IMG/VR virus record: IMGVR_UViG_3300029394_000350
Span: 1-25,723 of that record
DNA length: 25,723 nucleotides
From: a virus
Direction: 5' to 3' (one strand)
Shown: positions 1-8,388 of the stretch, piece after piece
How positions within the stretch are numbered: position 1 is the stretch's first letter
How the letters are laid out: each line of letters opens with the position of its first letter
Position numbers and translations under genes: made by a program
Notes under the pieces: model-generated
Seen by the model: only the letters and a program-made list of their open reading frames with translations
The model's database searches: none
Told to the model about the DNA's origin: nothing

Positions 1-1188
1 ATGGCAGGCATCATTAAACGCAACAACAAATGGGTGGCCGTCTTCCGCTCCCTGGACGGCAAAGAGCTTCGGAAAACCACCGGCATCGACGTGGTTCCCA
101 AGGCGCTGCTTCCGGGAGCCAATAAGAAATCAATCATGTCCCAGAATGAAGCCCGGGCGCGGCTGGTAGCCCAGGAGATGGAGAAAGAAGCCCGGTACGG
201 GGTTTTCGACCTGGACAAGGTGAAGGCCATTGCCGGGGACCAGGCCGGCGTGCTGAAAGCCACCATGAACGGCATGACGGTGACGCGGTTCCTTTTTGAC
301 TGGCTGGACGGGAGGAAAAACAAGAAGCGGGCCTATGAGCGGGACGGCATGGCCGTTCGCCGGCTTCTGGCGTTCCTGGGGGACCGTCGGAATATGCCGC
401 TGGCCGCCCTGAATAAAGGCATGGCGAAGGATTTTGTAGAAACGGAATTGGAGCGCGTTTCCGTCGGAACCGTCATCCGCTATGTGTCCACGCTGTCCAC
501 CGCGTTCAATGTCGCTGTAGACCGGGAGATCCTTTCCCGGAATCCGTTCCGGGGCGTCATGCCTTCCCGGGCGGACCACCAGGCGGAAAAGCAGCTGCGC
601 GGCGCCTTCACCATGGAGGAAGTCAACACCATCATTGAACGGTTCCCGGATGAATGGCCGGATCTGGTACGGGTGTGCCTCTACACCGGAGGCCAGCGCC
701 TCGGAGACCTGGCGACGCTGAAATGGGAGCAGGTTGACCTGAAGAACTCCTTTCTGTTCATGACCACGCAGAAGAGCCGGCGCCGCATGAACAAGCCGAT
801 CATCCATCCCTTGAAAGAGGTTCTGGAAAGGCGTCTGCTCAACCGGGTGAACGATTATGTATTTCCCCTGTCCGCGCTTCGCCATGCCCATGCCGGCGGA
901 CGTTCCGACAAGCTTTCCACGGAGTTCACGACGCTATTGAAAACGTACGGAATCATCCGAAAGATGCCCGGGGAAGTGAGAGGCGACCGGCACCGGCTTT
1001 CGGAAAAGAGCTTCCACAGCCTGCGGGCGACCGCCGTGACCGTCCTGCGCCTGGCCGGGGTGTCCCCGGATTTGTGCCGCTTCATCGTCGGCCACGACTC
1101 CGAAGAGATTGAACGGGTGTATTTCCGCCCGGATTCGGCGGACGTTCAGGAGGCCATGAGCAAGATTGCCGTCGGACTGGCCCGTTAG
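1..1188 (+). CDS. int: Tyrosine recombinase / phage integrase (395 aa)
   Basis: Complete ATG..TAG ORF. Box I-like GQRLGDLATLKW, box II HSLRATAVTVLRLAGV (H-x-x-R) and GHDSEEIERVY (H ... catalytic Y) are typical of lambda-type integrases. Confidence 0.9.
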   Translation: MAGIIKRNNKWVAVFRSLDGKELRKTTGIDVVPKALLPGANKKSIMSQNEARARLVAQEMEKEARYGVFDLDKVKAIAGDQAGVLKATMNGMTVTRFLFDWLDGRKNKKRAYERDGMAVRRLLAFLGDRRNMPLAALNKGMAKDFVETELERVSVGTVIRYVSTLSTAFNVAVDREILSRNPFRGVMPSRADHQAEKQLRGAFTMEEVNTIIERFPDEWPDLVRVCLYTGGQRLGDLATLKWEQVDLKNSFLFMTTQKSRRRMNKPIIHPLKEVLERRLLNRVNDYVFPLSALRHAHAGGRSDKLSTEFTTLLKTYGIIRKMPGEVRGDRHRLSEKSFHSLRATAVTVLRLAGVSPDLCRFIVGHDSEEIERVYFRPDSADVQEAMSKIAVGLAR

Positions 1189-1205
1189 CCTTCCTTCCCT
1201 AAGAC

Positions 1206-1235
1206 GATCATTTTGTTGACATCAACAAGATGATC
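1206..1235. repeat. 30-bp near-perfect palindrome between convergent int and glycosyltransferase-like genes (possible bidirectional hairpin terminator)
   Basis: GATCATTTTGTTGA-CA-TCAACAAGATGATC: 14-bp arms with 1 mismatch and a 2-nt spacer. It overlaps the TGA of the minus-strand gene (1222-1224). There is no adjacent U-tract, so the terminator role is tentative. Confidence 0.4.
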
Positions 1236-1977
1236 CGTCTTCTTCCTTGTGGAACCGGTAACGGTACAAGGCGTCCATGGCGCGGGCGCGCTCGGATTTG
1301 GGAATGTTCGTAGGGCGCGGGTTGCCGAAGGTGACCATCCAGAATTCGGCGTATTTTTTCGGCGTTACGGCGATGCTGAACCAGTTCCAGGCTGTCCACT
1401 TCCCTTCCCTGTTGAAGGGCGTCCAAGGTTCGTCAAGCCTGATCCGCTCCTGGGGAAAGAGCCCCTGGATGGTCCGGCAGATCGTCAGGTCTTCGGGGGC
1501 GAGCGCGGGGATGTCAGCCTGCATCAGTTCCTCAGCCGCCAGTCTGGCCGCCCGTCCGCTGATCGCGTAACACGTCCCATAGGCGGAGCGTTCGGACGGG
1601 TGGCCGGGGACCTGGTAGCCGGAGGCGTGCAGAGACAGCCCGTTGCGCTGCATGTCGAGGATCCAGCCGCCCGACAACAGGAGCGTGTCGGAGTCGATTT
1701 TGACGATGACGTCTTCATCCTCCGCTTCCCCGGCCAGCGTGGAAATGATGCCCCGGACGCATTCCGGGCCGCGCAGGTTGCCGTTCCTTGTCCAGCCGGT
1801 TTGACGATACCGCGCACCGGCTTCTACAAGAGCGATTCTGGCACGTTCAGCAATGGGGGCGGATTCATCGTCCACCACCGTGATGACGGCTTCGGGGAGG
1901 GCCGCCGCGGCGCACCGGACACAAACGAGGGCTTCCTCCGCGTCTCCGGCATAGGTGAATAGATAGATTCTGATCAT
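1222..1977 (-). CDS. GT-A fold (family 2-like) glycosyltransferase-like protein, 251 aa; moron next to int
   Basis: ATG ORF starting 8 nt after the stop of the tail-tip gene. N-terminal beta-strand IRIYLFTYAGD, then VVDDES and a D-x-D-like KIDSDT, laid out as in nucleotide-sugar GT-A transferases. The call rests on motifs only. Confidence 0.5.
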   Translation of the reverse strand: MIRIYLFTYAGDAEEALVCVRCAAAALPEAVITVVDDESAPIAERARIALVEAGARYRQTGWTRNGNLRGPECVRGIISTLAGEAEDEDVIVKIDSDTLLLSGGWILDMQRNGLSLHASGYQVPGHPSERSAYGTCYAISGRAARLAAEELMQADIPALAPEDLTICRTIQGLFPQERIRLDEPWTPFNREGKWTAWNWFSIAVTPKKYAEFWMVTFGNPRPTNIPKSERARAMDALYRYRFHKEEDGSSC

Positions 1978-1985
1978 GGTGTTTG

Positions 1986-4127
1986 TTAAGCTGGTCCGTA
2001 GGGGTAGAAGGTGCCTCCGAAGACGGGTATCTGGATCATTCCCAGCGCGTACTGCGTCACCTGATCATCTTCGATGTCGGCTATCTGGAAAGAATAGTCG
2101 AAATTGACGCCAGGCTTTTTCTCTCCGAGCCTGATAGGATAGACGGTCCCCGGGATGCCCGAGACGTCAACGCCCGTCAATTTGGCGTCCTGGTCAAAGT
2201 GGACGTTGAGCCATACTTCCCCGCTGGTTTGGGGGATAGTCACCCAGGAAGAACCGGAACCGCCCCCCTGCGGGTATTTGCCGAGCAGCGAGCCGTTCAG
2301 GTAGAGCGCGCCGGGCTTCATCTGCGCCCCGGTGATGGCTCCCTCCGTATCTTTCTGCAAGCGCACTTGGAAGCCGTATTCCGGCGCGGGCGTGGATTCT
2401 CCCGTGGATTTGGTGATGTGCTGGCTGATGGTGGGGGATTCCGGCTTGGGGTCAAAGCCGTATTCCGTCGATTCCGGCGCCCCCTGCATGTTTTCCAGCG
2501 TGGAAGATGTGCGCGAGGTGGCATTCACGCGCTTCAATTCTACCCATTCTTCAATCCCTAGTTGTTCCGGCGCGCCGTAGGAAAGGGAAATCACGTTGGT
2601 TTGCAGGTCGCGGCTCACCGTCTGAATCATGGTGTTGATGTTCTGCCAAGCGGGGTTTCCTCCCAGCAGCGAGACGCGCCGGCCAATGTATTGGCGCGTC
2701 TGCGCTTCGCCAAGCGCGACAAAGGAAATAGATCCGTCCCACGGCAATTCCTGCATGGATTCCCATACCGTTTTGGCAATGTCCCCATAGGGCACTCCCT
2801 CCGATGGTTGCGGCGATTCCCCTTCTTCCGGCCCGTTGGAGGGCTGTTCCCCGTTGTAGATGCCGTCAATGGGGTAGCTCGCGTAGGGGCGGTCCATGGT
2901 GACCAGATCCACCGAGAATTCTTCCCAGAAGCAGGGCACGCCTCCCAGCGTTCCCACATTTTTGAATTTCTCCCTCCACTTGGCAGGCGCGCTTTCCGGG
3001 ATGGCGAGACGCTGCTTGACGGTAGCGTTGCACCATTGCGGCCTGATGGATTTCGTGTGAATCTGCCCGTCCGTCAGTTCATAGCCTGTAGCGGAGGTGT
3101 TGTAGCCTTTCGGATTTTCCTCCGCTCCGTCCCAGGGCTTCCCGGTGATGGTCGGGTCCTTGTCATAGACGGCAATGGAACCTACATCTTTCATCCACGG
3201 GAAATGACGCTCCCAGAAACTCTTGATCATGTCGTTCTGGTTAATTTTCCGCCCCCTTACTTTCATGCGCTGGTAGGACAGGCTGCCGGCCCGGGTGCCC
3301 TGCACCGGCTGCGGATCTTCTACCGGGGAACCGGTAGAACTGTATTTAGAATAGTAGAAGTCTACTGACGTCCGGTAAACGATGGAGTGCGGCAAGGTCG
3401 GGTCCCCGTCTTCCGGGTATTTGGACAGGTAGGAGACGCGGTAGCCGTTGCTTCCGGTGGTTTCTGCGACGATAGCCACGCAGGGAGGCACGAGGTCGCC
3501 GCGTGGGACCAGGGAAACGTCCATGGCTTTAATCTCGCCGGATGGCTGCAAGGGAAGCGAAATGGGCGTCAGGGCGTCATAGTCCGTGATGATGAGTTTG
3601 GGGCGCGCGCCGCTGTAGTCATAGTAGGAAACCATGCGGGGCGACCAGCGGCGGATGGATTGAAGGAGGCTGCCAATCGTATCACAGGAGGCGTTCCACG
3701 GAATCAGCATCTTGTCATCGCTGATGCGTAGTTCGTAGTCCGCCGGGTGATGCTTGGCTAGGTTCAGCACTCGGGAGAGCGCGGCGGAAAGGCTTATCTT
3801 CGGAATGATGCCGCCCCCGCCGCTGACTTTATTCCACATGGAAAAGACCGGCTTCCATTCGGAATCCAGGGCAAAGCAATGTTCCAGCCAATACCAGGGA
3901 TCGGAAAAGACGATTTTCCACGCACGGGAAGAGCCGCTGTAGGTCTTTTCGATGCTGGAAACGAGGCCGGATAGAATGGTGTTCCCGTTTTGGGAAATGG
4001 TGACAGTATCGAACTGTTGGAAGGGCAAGACCTCCCCCAGCGTTCGCACGGGATAAACCGCGGTGATGGCGGAGGCGGAAAAGCTTTGCTGGTCGTGGGT
4101 CAGGCTGGACGGCTTGAGCGCCAGCAA
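1986..4127 (-). CDS. Large tail-tip / baseplate (host-specificity-like) structural protein, 713 aa
   Basis: Long ORF (TTG start in the track) downstream of the tape-measure-like gene and last in the late operon. The frame is open 17 more codons upstream to the TAA at 4179-4181. Size and position fit a distal tail/tip protein, but I recognise no specific motif. Confidence 0.5.
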   Translation of the reverse strand: MLALKPSSLTHDQQSFSASAITAVYPVRTLGEVLPFQQFDTVTISQNGNTILSGLVSSIEKTYSGSSRAWKIVFSDPWYWLEHCFALDSEWKPVFSMWNKVSGGGGIIPKISLSAALSRVLNLAKHHPADYELRISDDKMLIPWNASCDTIGSLLQSIRRWSPRMVSYYDYSGARPKLIITDYDALTPISLPLQPSGEIKAMDVSLVPRGDLVPPCVAIVAETTGSNGYRVSYLSKYPEDGDPTLPHSIVYRTSVDFYYSKYSSTGSPVEDPQPVQGTRAGSLSYQRMKVRGRKINQNDMIKSFWERHFPWMKDVGSIAVYDKDPTITGKPWDGAEENPKGYNTSATGYELTDGQIHTKSIRPQWCNATVKQRLAIPESAPAKWREKFKNVGTLGGVPCFWEEFSVDLVTMDRPYASYPIDGIYNGEQPSNGPEEGESPQPSEGVPYGDIAKTVWESMQELPWDGSISFVALGEAQTRQYIGRRVSLLGGNPAWQNINTMIQTVSRDLQTNVISLSYGAPEQLGIEEWVELKRVNATSRTSSTLENMQGAPESTEYGFDPKPESPTISQHITKSTGESTPAPEYGFQVRLQKDTEGAITGAQMKPGALYLNGSLLGKYPQGGGSGSSWVTIPQTSGEVWLNVHFDQDAKLTGVDVSGIPGTVYPIRLGEKKPGVNFDYSFQIADIEDDQVTQYALGMIQIPVFGGTFYPYGPA

Positions 4128-4178
4128 GTCATTGATGGTGATGTCGTGGTTCCTGCTGCTTGTAAAATGGTTAGTGGT

Positions 4179-4667
4179 TTATTTCTTGTCGGCGATCTTT
4201 TGGAGCAACGTCAGAACCTTCGCACACCAGAAACAGCCAAGGCAGGAGAAGGCACCTGATAACAAATAGATGAAGGCTAGTGGAAACTGATGATGATAAA
4301 AATTGATTAAAAATAATACAATACCAGCAATAATCGTCATTGCTCCCACTACTTGAAACAACCCCTCTACTGTAATTTTTAGAGGCTCTTGCTCATTCAC
4401 CCAAGCAGGTTTTTTCTCTCTCTCATCTAAAATAAATTCAACAAATCGTTTCTTTTGTTGCCGCTCCGTTTCTTTTTCTTCTGATTTTCTGTTGGTGTTT
4501 TTGGTCAGATGATAAATCCTTCCAAAGGATAGCCACTCCTGACCTCCTTCAGGGCAAACGAGAGTTTCTGACAAGATTTTCCCTTCCTTGTACAAGGCTT
4601 CAAGTTCTTCAAAAGAGTAGGGGCCCTCAGCATTGTTTGAGTTGGAAGCGACGTAATAATTAGCCAT
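4179..4667 (-). CDS. GYF_2 (DUF4339)-domain membrane protein, 162 aa
   Basis: The N-terminus YYVASNSNNAEGPYSFEELEALYKEGKILSETLVCPEGGQEWLSFGRI matches the GYF_2 pattern. A K/E-rich linker follows, then two C-terminal hydrophobic helices (LFQVVGAMTIIAGIVLFLINFY; FPLAFIYLLSGAFSCLGCFWCAKVL). The gene is very AT-rich compared with its flanks. Confidence 0.7.
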   Translation of the reverse strand: MANYYVASNSNNAEGPYSFEELEALYKEGKILSETLVCPEGGQEWLSFGRIYHLTKNTNRKSEEKETERQQKKRFVEFILDEREKKPAWVNEQEPLKITVEGLFQVVGAMTIIAGIVLFLINFYHHQFPLAFIYLLSGAFSCLGCFWCAKVLTLLQKIADKK

Positions 4668-4714
4668 AGAGGTATGGTGCTATAAACCGGCGTTAGTGCA
4701 AGCCTAAAAGCTGG

Positions 4715-6556
4715 TTAATAGCCTCCGGCAATCCTGTTTATCCCTGTTTGCAATCTTCCGTTGCCCTTCTGTACTATTTTCAAGATTTCCTCGAATTTAG
4801 CATCTACATATTTTTTCGTATCTGCCTGCACGGCATTTACCTTGCTCGCCTGTGCTGTTGCTATGGTTTGTAAATAATCCATCAATTTTTTTGAGTATTG
4901 TCCATTTTCTCTCAATACGTTTTCCATAACATCAAACACGCCTTGAAGCTCGCTGGGGTCGATTTCCGTATCTTTGTCCGAAATGCTTTCCGCAAGGCGT
5001 TTCTTCCCTGCATTCAAAGCTTCGCGGGCAGCTGCAATCCGGGCGCGTTGCTGGGCGGTAGGATGCTCGGGTACGCCTTCAAGGGCAATGCCGCGGATCA
5101 TCGCCTGCTGCCCCTCGGCGGTCTGCTTTTGAGCCTCCCTTTCGGCCCGTTCACGAGCCTTCTTTATTTTTTCTTCATTTCTTCGGGCTTCCTCTGCTTC
5201 TTCCCTGTCTCTTTGCATGTTAAATGATTTAACCTTGCCGGCGTCTATTTGGTTTTGAATAGCATCGGTTTGTTCCATGTTTTTGATAGATGCTTCGGTC
5301 GAAGCCATTGCATCCCCCAAAGACCCGGCTTTCTCTGTTAAATCATCGAACTGTTTTTTCGCGGCGTCCGTATTCTTCTTAAACTCTTCTACTGCAACTG
5401 ATGCTTGTTTAAAGCGACTGTTTATATCAGATCCTTGGCTATAGTCGAATTCAAGATTTACGCCGCCGGCTCTTAACAAATCCTGATATTCATTCAATTT
5501 GGATTGAGTATCATTTAATCTTGCTCGCGCTGTTTCACGAATAGACGTTAGATACTGTTTTTCGTCTTGAAGTTCTCTCAAATATTTTACAGGGTCTTCT
5601 ACCCCTGCTGCTATTTTCGGTGCATTTTTTTCTAATTCCTCTAATTTGCTATTGAGATTATCAATACTCCGCTGAGCACGTTCTTGCTGCTGCAAAAGTC
5701 CAAGAACATTTTGAAGAGAAGGAAGGTTCCCTTGTTTGAACTGCATATCAAAAGCATGAGCTTCCGCAGCATCTCGGGCCTTGACTGCCTCCGAAAGCTG
5801 TTTGCCAATATCCATGTAATTAGCCTGCTCCACGCCTAAATCACGCTGTCTGATTTTCTGGTCAAGATTCTGATCAACCATCATCAAGCCGTAATCCCGC
5901 TGCCTCTTGGTGATTCTTCCTTCCTGGTAGTCATTCTCCAAGTTAACGCGGTCAAGCTCCGCCTGGCGTGTATCAACGCCTTTCTGGCGGGCCGCTTCCT
6001 CCCGTCTCAAGCGAATTTGTTTTTCAAGCTCTTCCGTCTGATATTCAAATTCCCGGGTAATGCCCTTTACATAGTTTTGATACTCTTCATTAACGGTCTT
6101 GGTGCGTTCTTGCTGGTTGAATTCCTGCAAAGCCTGATAACTTGCCCGGATAGCCTGACGAGAAGCTTCGGCAATCTCTTTGCTATGCTCCTTCATTTTT
6201 TTGGCGAGATCCGCCGACTTGTCTTCCGTCTTCCCCATCCATTCGTAAAGCTTCGCCCCGGCGAGAACGGCAAGCGACATCGCCCCGGCCAGACCTGCGC
6301 CGCCTCCGAAGCCCATCACCAGCCCCGGAATATTGTTCATGATGCCCCGGATGCCGTACTGTAAGTCATCGAAGAAGTAGGCAGCCTGCAAGGCCCCCTG
6401 ACCCATGTTCTTCACGCTCCTGGTTGCCTGCTTGCTGTCTTTATCCAACTGCTCCGTAGACTTGTTGAGCGCGTCGATCTGCTGTTTGGCTTCTTCCACG
6501 CCTTTTCCGTCCAGCGTGGACTTGAGTTTGATTTCGATTTCTTTCTTGGTGGCCAT
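4715..6556 (-). CDS. Tape-measure-like protein, 613 aa
   Basis: Coiled-coil-rich (K/E/Q/R heptad-like) protein with an N-terminal Gly-rich hydrophobic segment GLVMGFGGGAGLAGAMSLAVLAGAKL. It is preceded by a small chaperone-sized gene and followed by a large tail protein. Confidence 0.6.
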   Translation of the reverse strand: MATKKEIEIKLKSTLDGKGVEEAKQQIDALNKSTEQLDKDSKQATRSVKNMGQGALQAAYFFDDLQYGIRGIMNNIPGLVMGFGGGAGLAGAMSLAVLAGAKLYEWMGKTEDKSADLAKKMKEHSKEIAEASRQAIRASYQALQEFNQQERTKTVNEEYQNYVKGITREFEYQTEELEKQIRLRREEAARQKGVDTRQAELDRVNLENDYQEGRITKRQRDYGLMMVDQNLDQKIRQRDLGVEQANYMDIGKQLSEAVKARDAAEAHAFDMQFKQGNLPSLQNVLGLLQQQERAQRSIDNLNSKLEELEKNAPKIAAGVEDPVKYLRELQDEKQYLTSIRETARARLNDTQSKLNEYQDLLRAGGVNLEFDYSQGSDINSRFKQASVAVEEFKKNTDAAKKQFDDLTEKAGSLGDAMASTEASIKNMEQTDAIQNQIDAGKVKSFNMQRDREEAEEARRNEEKIKKARERAEREAQKQTAEGQQAMIRGIALEGVPEHPTAQQRARIAAAREALNAGKKRLAESISDKDTEIDPSELQGVFDVMENVLRENGQYSKKLMDYLQTIATAQASKVNAVQADTKKYVDAKFEEILKIVQKGNGRLQTGINRIAGGY

Positions 6557-6574
6557 GGTGGTAGATGTGGAGGG

Positions 6575-6856
6575 TTATCGTTGTTGGCGGGCTTCTTCGA
6601 TGACGAAAGCGGGCAGTTTCCCGGCGGTGAGGGCGTTTCGGGATTCATCCACGCGTTTCTGCAAGGATTCCAGGAGCATCATATCCCGGATGATGACGCC
6701 GAAGGCATGGGAGGGATCAACGCCGGCGGCTTGAGAGGCAGTAAAGACGCTTTCCTTCAATTCCTGCACCGCCTGGTTCAGGTTCGGGTTCTTGCCGCAC
6801 TCTTCGGCAAATTCGATGAAAAGCCGTTCTATTCCGTTTTGTTGTTGTTTGTTCAT
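6575..6856 (-). CDS. Small protein in tail-assembly-chaperone position, 93 aa
   Basis: ATG ORF immediately upstream of the tape-measure-like gene (19-nt gap). Assigned by position only; I could not identify a frameshift heptamer. Confidence 0.4.
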   Translation of the reverse strand: MNKQQQNGIERLFIEFAEECGKNPNLNQAVQELKESVFTASQAAGVDPSHAFGVIIRDMMLLESLQKRVDESRNALTAGKLPAFVIEEARQQR

Positions 6857-6870
6857 GATGGATTATTCTG

Positions 6871-8382
6871 TTAAGATGGGTATTCGGTGGAAGTGTAGCG
6901 GATGACGAGGGATAATCCGAACGTACGTCCGGGCGCCGTGGCTGCCGCGGGATAGGACTCATTTCCGAGACCGTCAAACGCCTGCGGATTGGACAGCATC
7001 ACATGCTGCTCATAAATGCCGTTCTGGTTTTCCACGACCAGCTGCCAGTCCGAACGGATTTCCACGCCGGGCGAAAACGTCCATTTCACGTTCCCGCCCG
7101 GCGTGGAAACCGCCTCGCTGCTGGTCGCTAGAAGAGAGGCAGACCCGTTTTCCACCCGGTAAAGCGTTAACGTGCCGGAATTGGCGCTGGTGGGTTTCGT
7201 CGTGATGATTTCCTGAAGCGTCAGTCCCTTTCCTTCGGGGTTGCCTTCCGGGAAGTCCGGATAAACGTCCGAGGGAATAAACCTCCATGAGGAATAACTC
7301 ATCGGATTATCCGAGTATTCCCCTCCGGGCGGGGGAAGCTGATGATTTCGGGTGACCAGTCCTGCCCTCAATACGCGGATTGTCTGTCTTAAGCCGGAAT
7401 CCGCCTGTGTCACGGAAACGACGACGGAGCCGGCCGCTCCTTCATTGGGCGCCGCGGTTAACGTGAAGGACCCGTTATTTCCGTTCGTGATATCGGAGAT
7501 GACAACGGAAGAGCTGGGAGAATTGGGCGTCCAGTCAACGCTGACTGCTCCCGGGTCATAATAGGAAGTCACCTGGACCTGGTAGCTTCCGCCAATAACG
7601 GGAACCTGTACCTGGGTTGGAGCAAGGCTGAATGAGTAAGAGGGTTGAAGCTGACGAAATTCAACCTCAACAGCCTGTCCTGTTCCGTCCTGAATGACCT
7701 GGAGCGACATGGTCCTGTCCTGGTCTCCTTCATTGGCCGCGACGATAACCTTGAATGTCCCGTTGTTGCCGTTGACGATATCGGAAACGGTTAATCCTTC
7801 GGAAACGTCGGCAATCTGCCAACCCTGCCCTACCGGTCCAGGGCTGAACGACGATTCCACATTAATGGTGTATTCGCCTCCCTTGACGGGTACGTCGAAA
7901 GAAGAGGGCGTCACGCTGAATATCCAGTTGGAATTGTCCGGGGTCCGGTCGGTGACCGTCATGGTCAGTGTGACCAGCAGGCACAGATAGCCGTCTTCGG
8001 GAGACGGCGGAGGAACAAAGTTCTCCGTCTCAAACTGGTAGCCGGTGATGACGGCGGCAAAACGCCATTGCGGCTGGTCGGAGAACTGCAGGTACAGATA
8101 GCCGTTCTGGTTGCTGGCCAGCCACAGGGCAAGATTCTCCTGCCAGGAAGCCATGTCCTGATAATCCGTGAACCAGCGGTAAAACGCGATGGTGCGCTGC
8201 TCCACGGCGCTTCCCAGCCCCTGCGCGAACGCCCGGGGACCGTCTACCAGCGACGTTTCAAATGCCTCCATGGATCCGCCGAAACGTGGAGGCTCCGGCG
8301 TATCGTCCCAGAGGTTGAGCAGCTGGATCTGGTTGCCGGCGGCGGAAACGTAGCGCGCCGCGTAGGGTGCCTGGTAAGTCAT
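6871..8382 (-). CDS. Tail structural protein with two tandem Ig/BACON-like domains and a C-terminal beta-rich domain, 503 aa
   Basis: ATG ORF. Internal ~85-aa repeat: (...VPVKGGEYTINVESSF...DIVNGNNGTFKVIVAANEG...) versus (...VPVIGGSYQVQVTSYY...DITNGNNGSFTLTAAPNEG...). It sits in the major-tail / distal-tail position upstream of the chaperone and tape-measure genes. Confidence 0.6.
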   Translation of the reverse strand: MTYQAPYAARYVSAAGNQIQLLNLWDDTPEPPRFGGSMEAFETSLVDGPRAFAQGLGSAVEQRTIAFYRWFTDYQDMASWQENLALWLASNQNGYLYLQFSDQPQWRFAAVITGYQFETENFVPPPSPEDGYLCLLVTLTMTVTDRTPDNSNWIFSVTPSSFDVPVKGGEYTINVESSFSPGPVGQGWQIADVSEGLTVSDIVNGNNGTFKVIVAANEGDQDRTMSLQVIQDGTGQAVEVEFRQLQPSYSFSLAPTQVQVPVIGGSYQVQVTSYYDPGAVSVDWTPNSPSSSVVISDITNGNNGSFTLTAAPNEGAAGSVVVSVTQADSGLRQTIRVLRAGLVTRNHQLPPPGGEYSDNPMSYSSWRFIPSDVYPDFPEGNPEGKGLTLQEIITTKPTSANSGTLTLYRVENGSASLLATSSEAVSTPGGNVKWTFSPGVEIRSDWQLVVENQNGIYEQHVMLSNPQAFDGLGNESYPAAATAPGRTFGLSLVIRYTSTEYPS

Positions 8383-8388
8383 GGGCGG

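Noticed and set aside
1206-1235. The palindrome after int as an attachment-site core.
   Set aside because: It lies internal to the element, between int and the phage tail genes. An att site should flank the prophage, probably upstream of position 1. A hairpin between convergent genes is the simpler reading.
130-1962. Long antisense or alternative-frame ORFs overlapping int and the glycosyltransferase-like gene (130-891 -, 1249-1962 +, 1277-1570 +, 1524-1817 -). Similar shadow ORFs occur throughout the track, e.g. 2562-3368 +, 8068-9000 +, 12929-13723 +, 17399-18151 +, 19152-19913 +, 23654-24400 +.
   Set aside because: They lie opposite to or out of frame with ORFs that carry recognisable family motifs. 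Their products are Arg/Gly/Pro-rich and low in complexity, as expected for GC-rich shadow frames. Accepting them would break the tight operon organisation.
6575-6660. Possible G/GT-type programmed frameshift at the 3' end of the chaperone-position gene (a GGGAAAC stretch, with an overlapping 78-aa ORF at 6412-6648).
   Set aside because: No X-XXY-YYZ heptamer lies in the correct phase. The overlapping ORF is in the +1 frame, runs into the tape-measure coding region and encodes low-complexity sequence.
7430-7960. The two Ig/BACON-like repeats as a DGR template/variable-repeat pair.
   Set aside because: The repeats differ at many positions of all base types, not only at adenines. No reverse transcriptase or accessory gene is present in the window.
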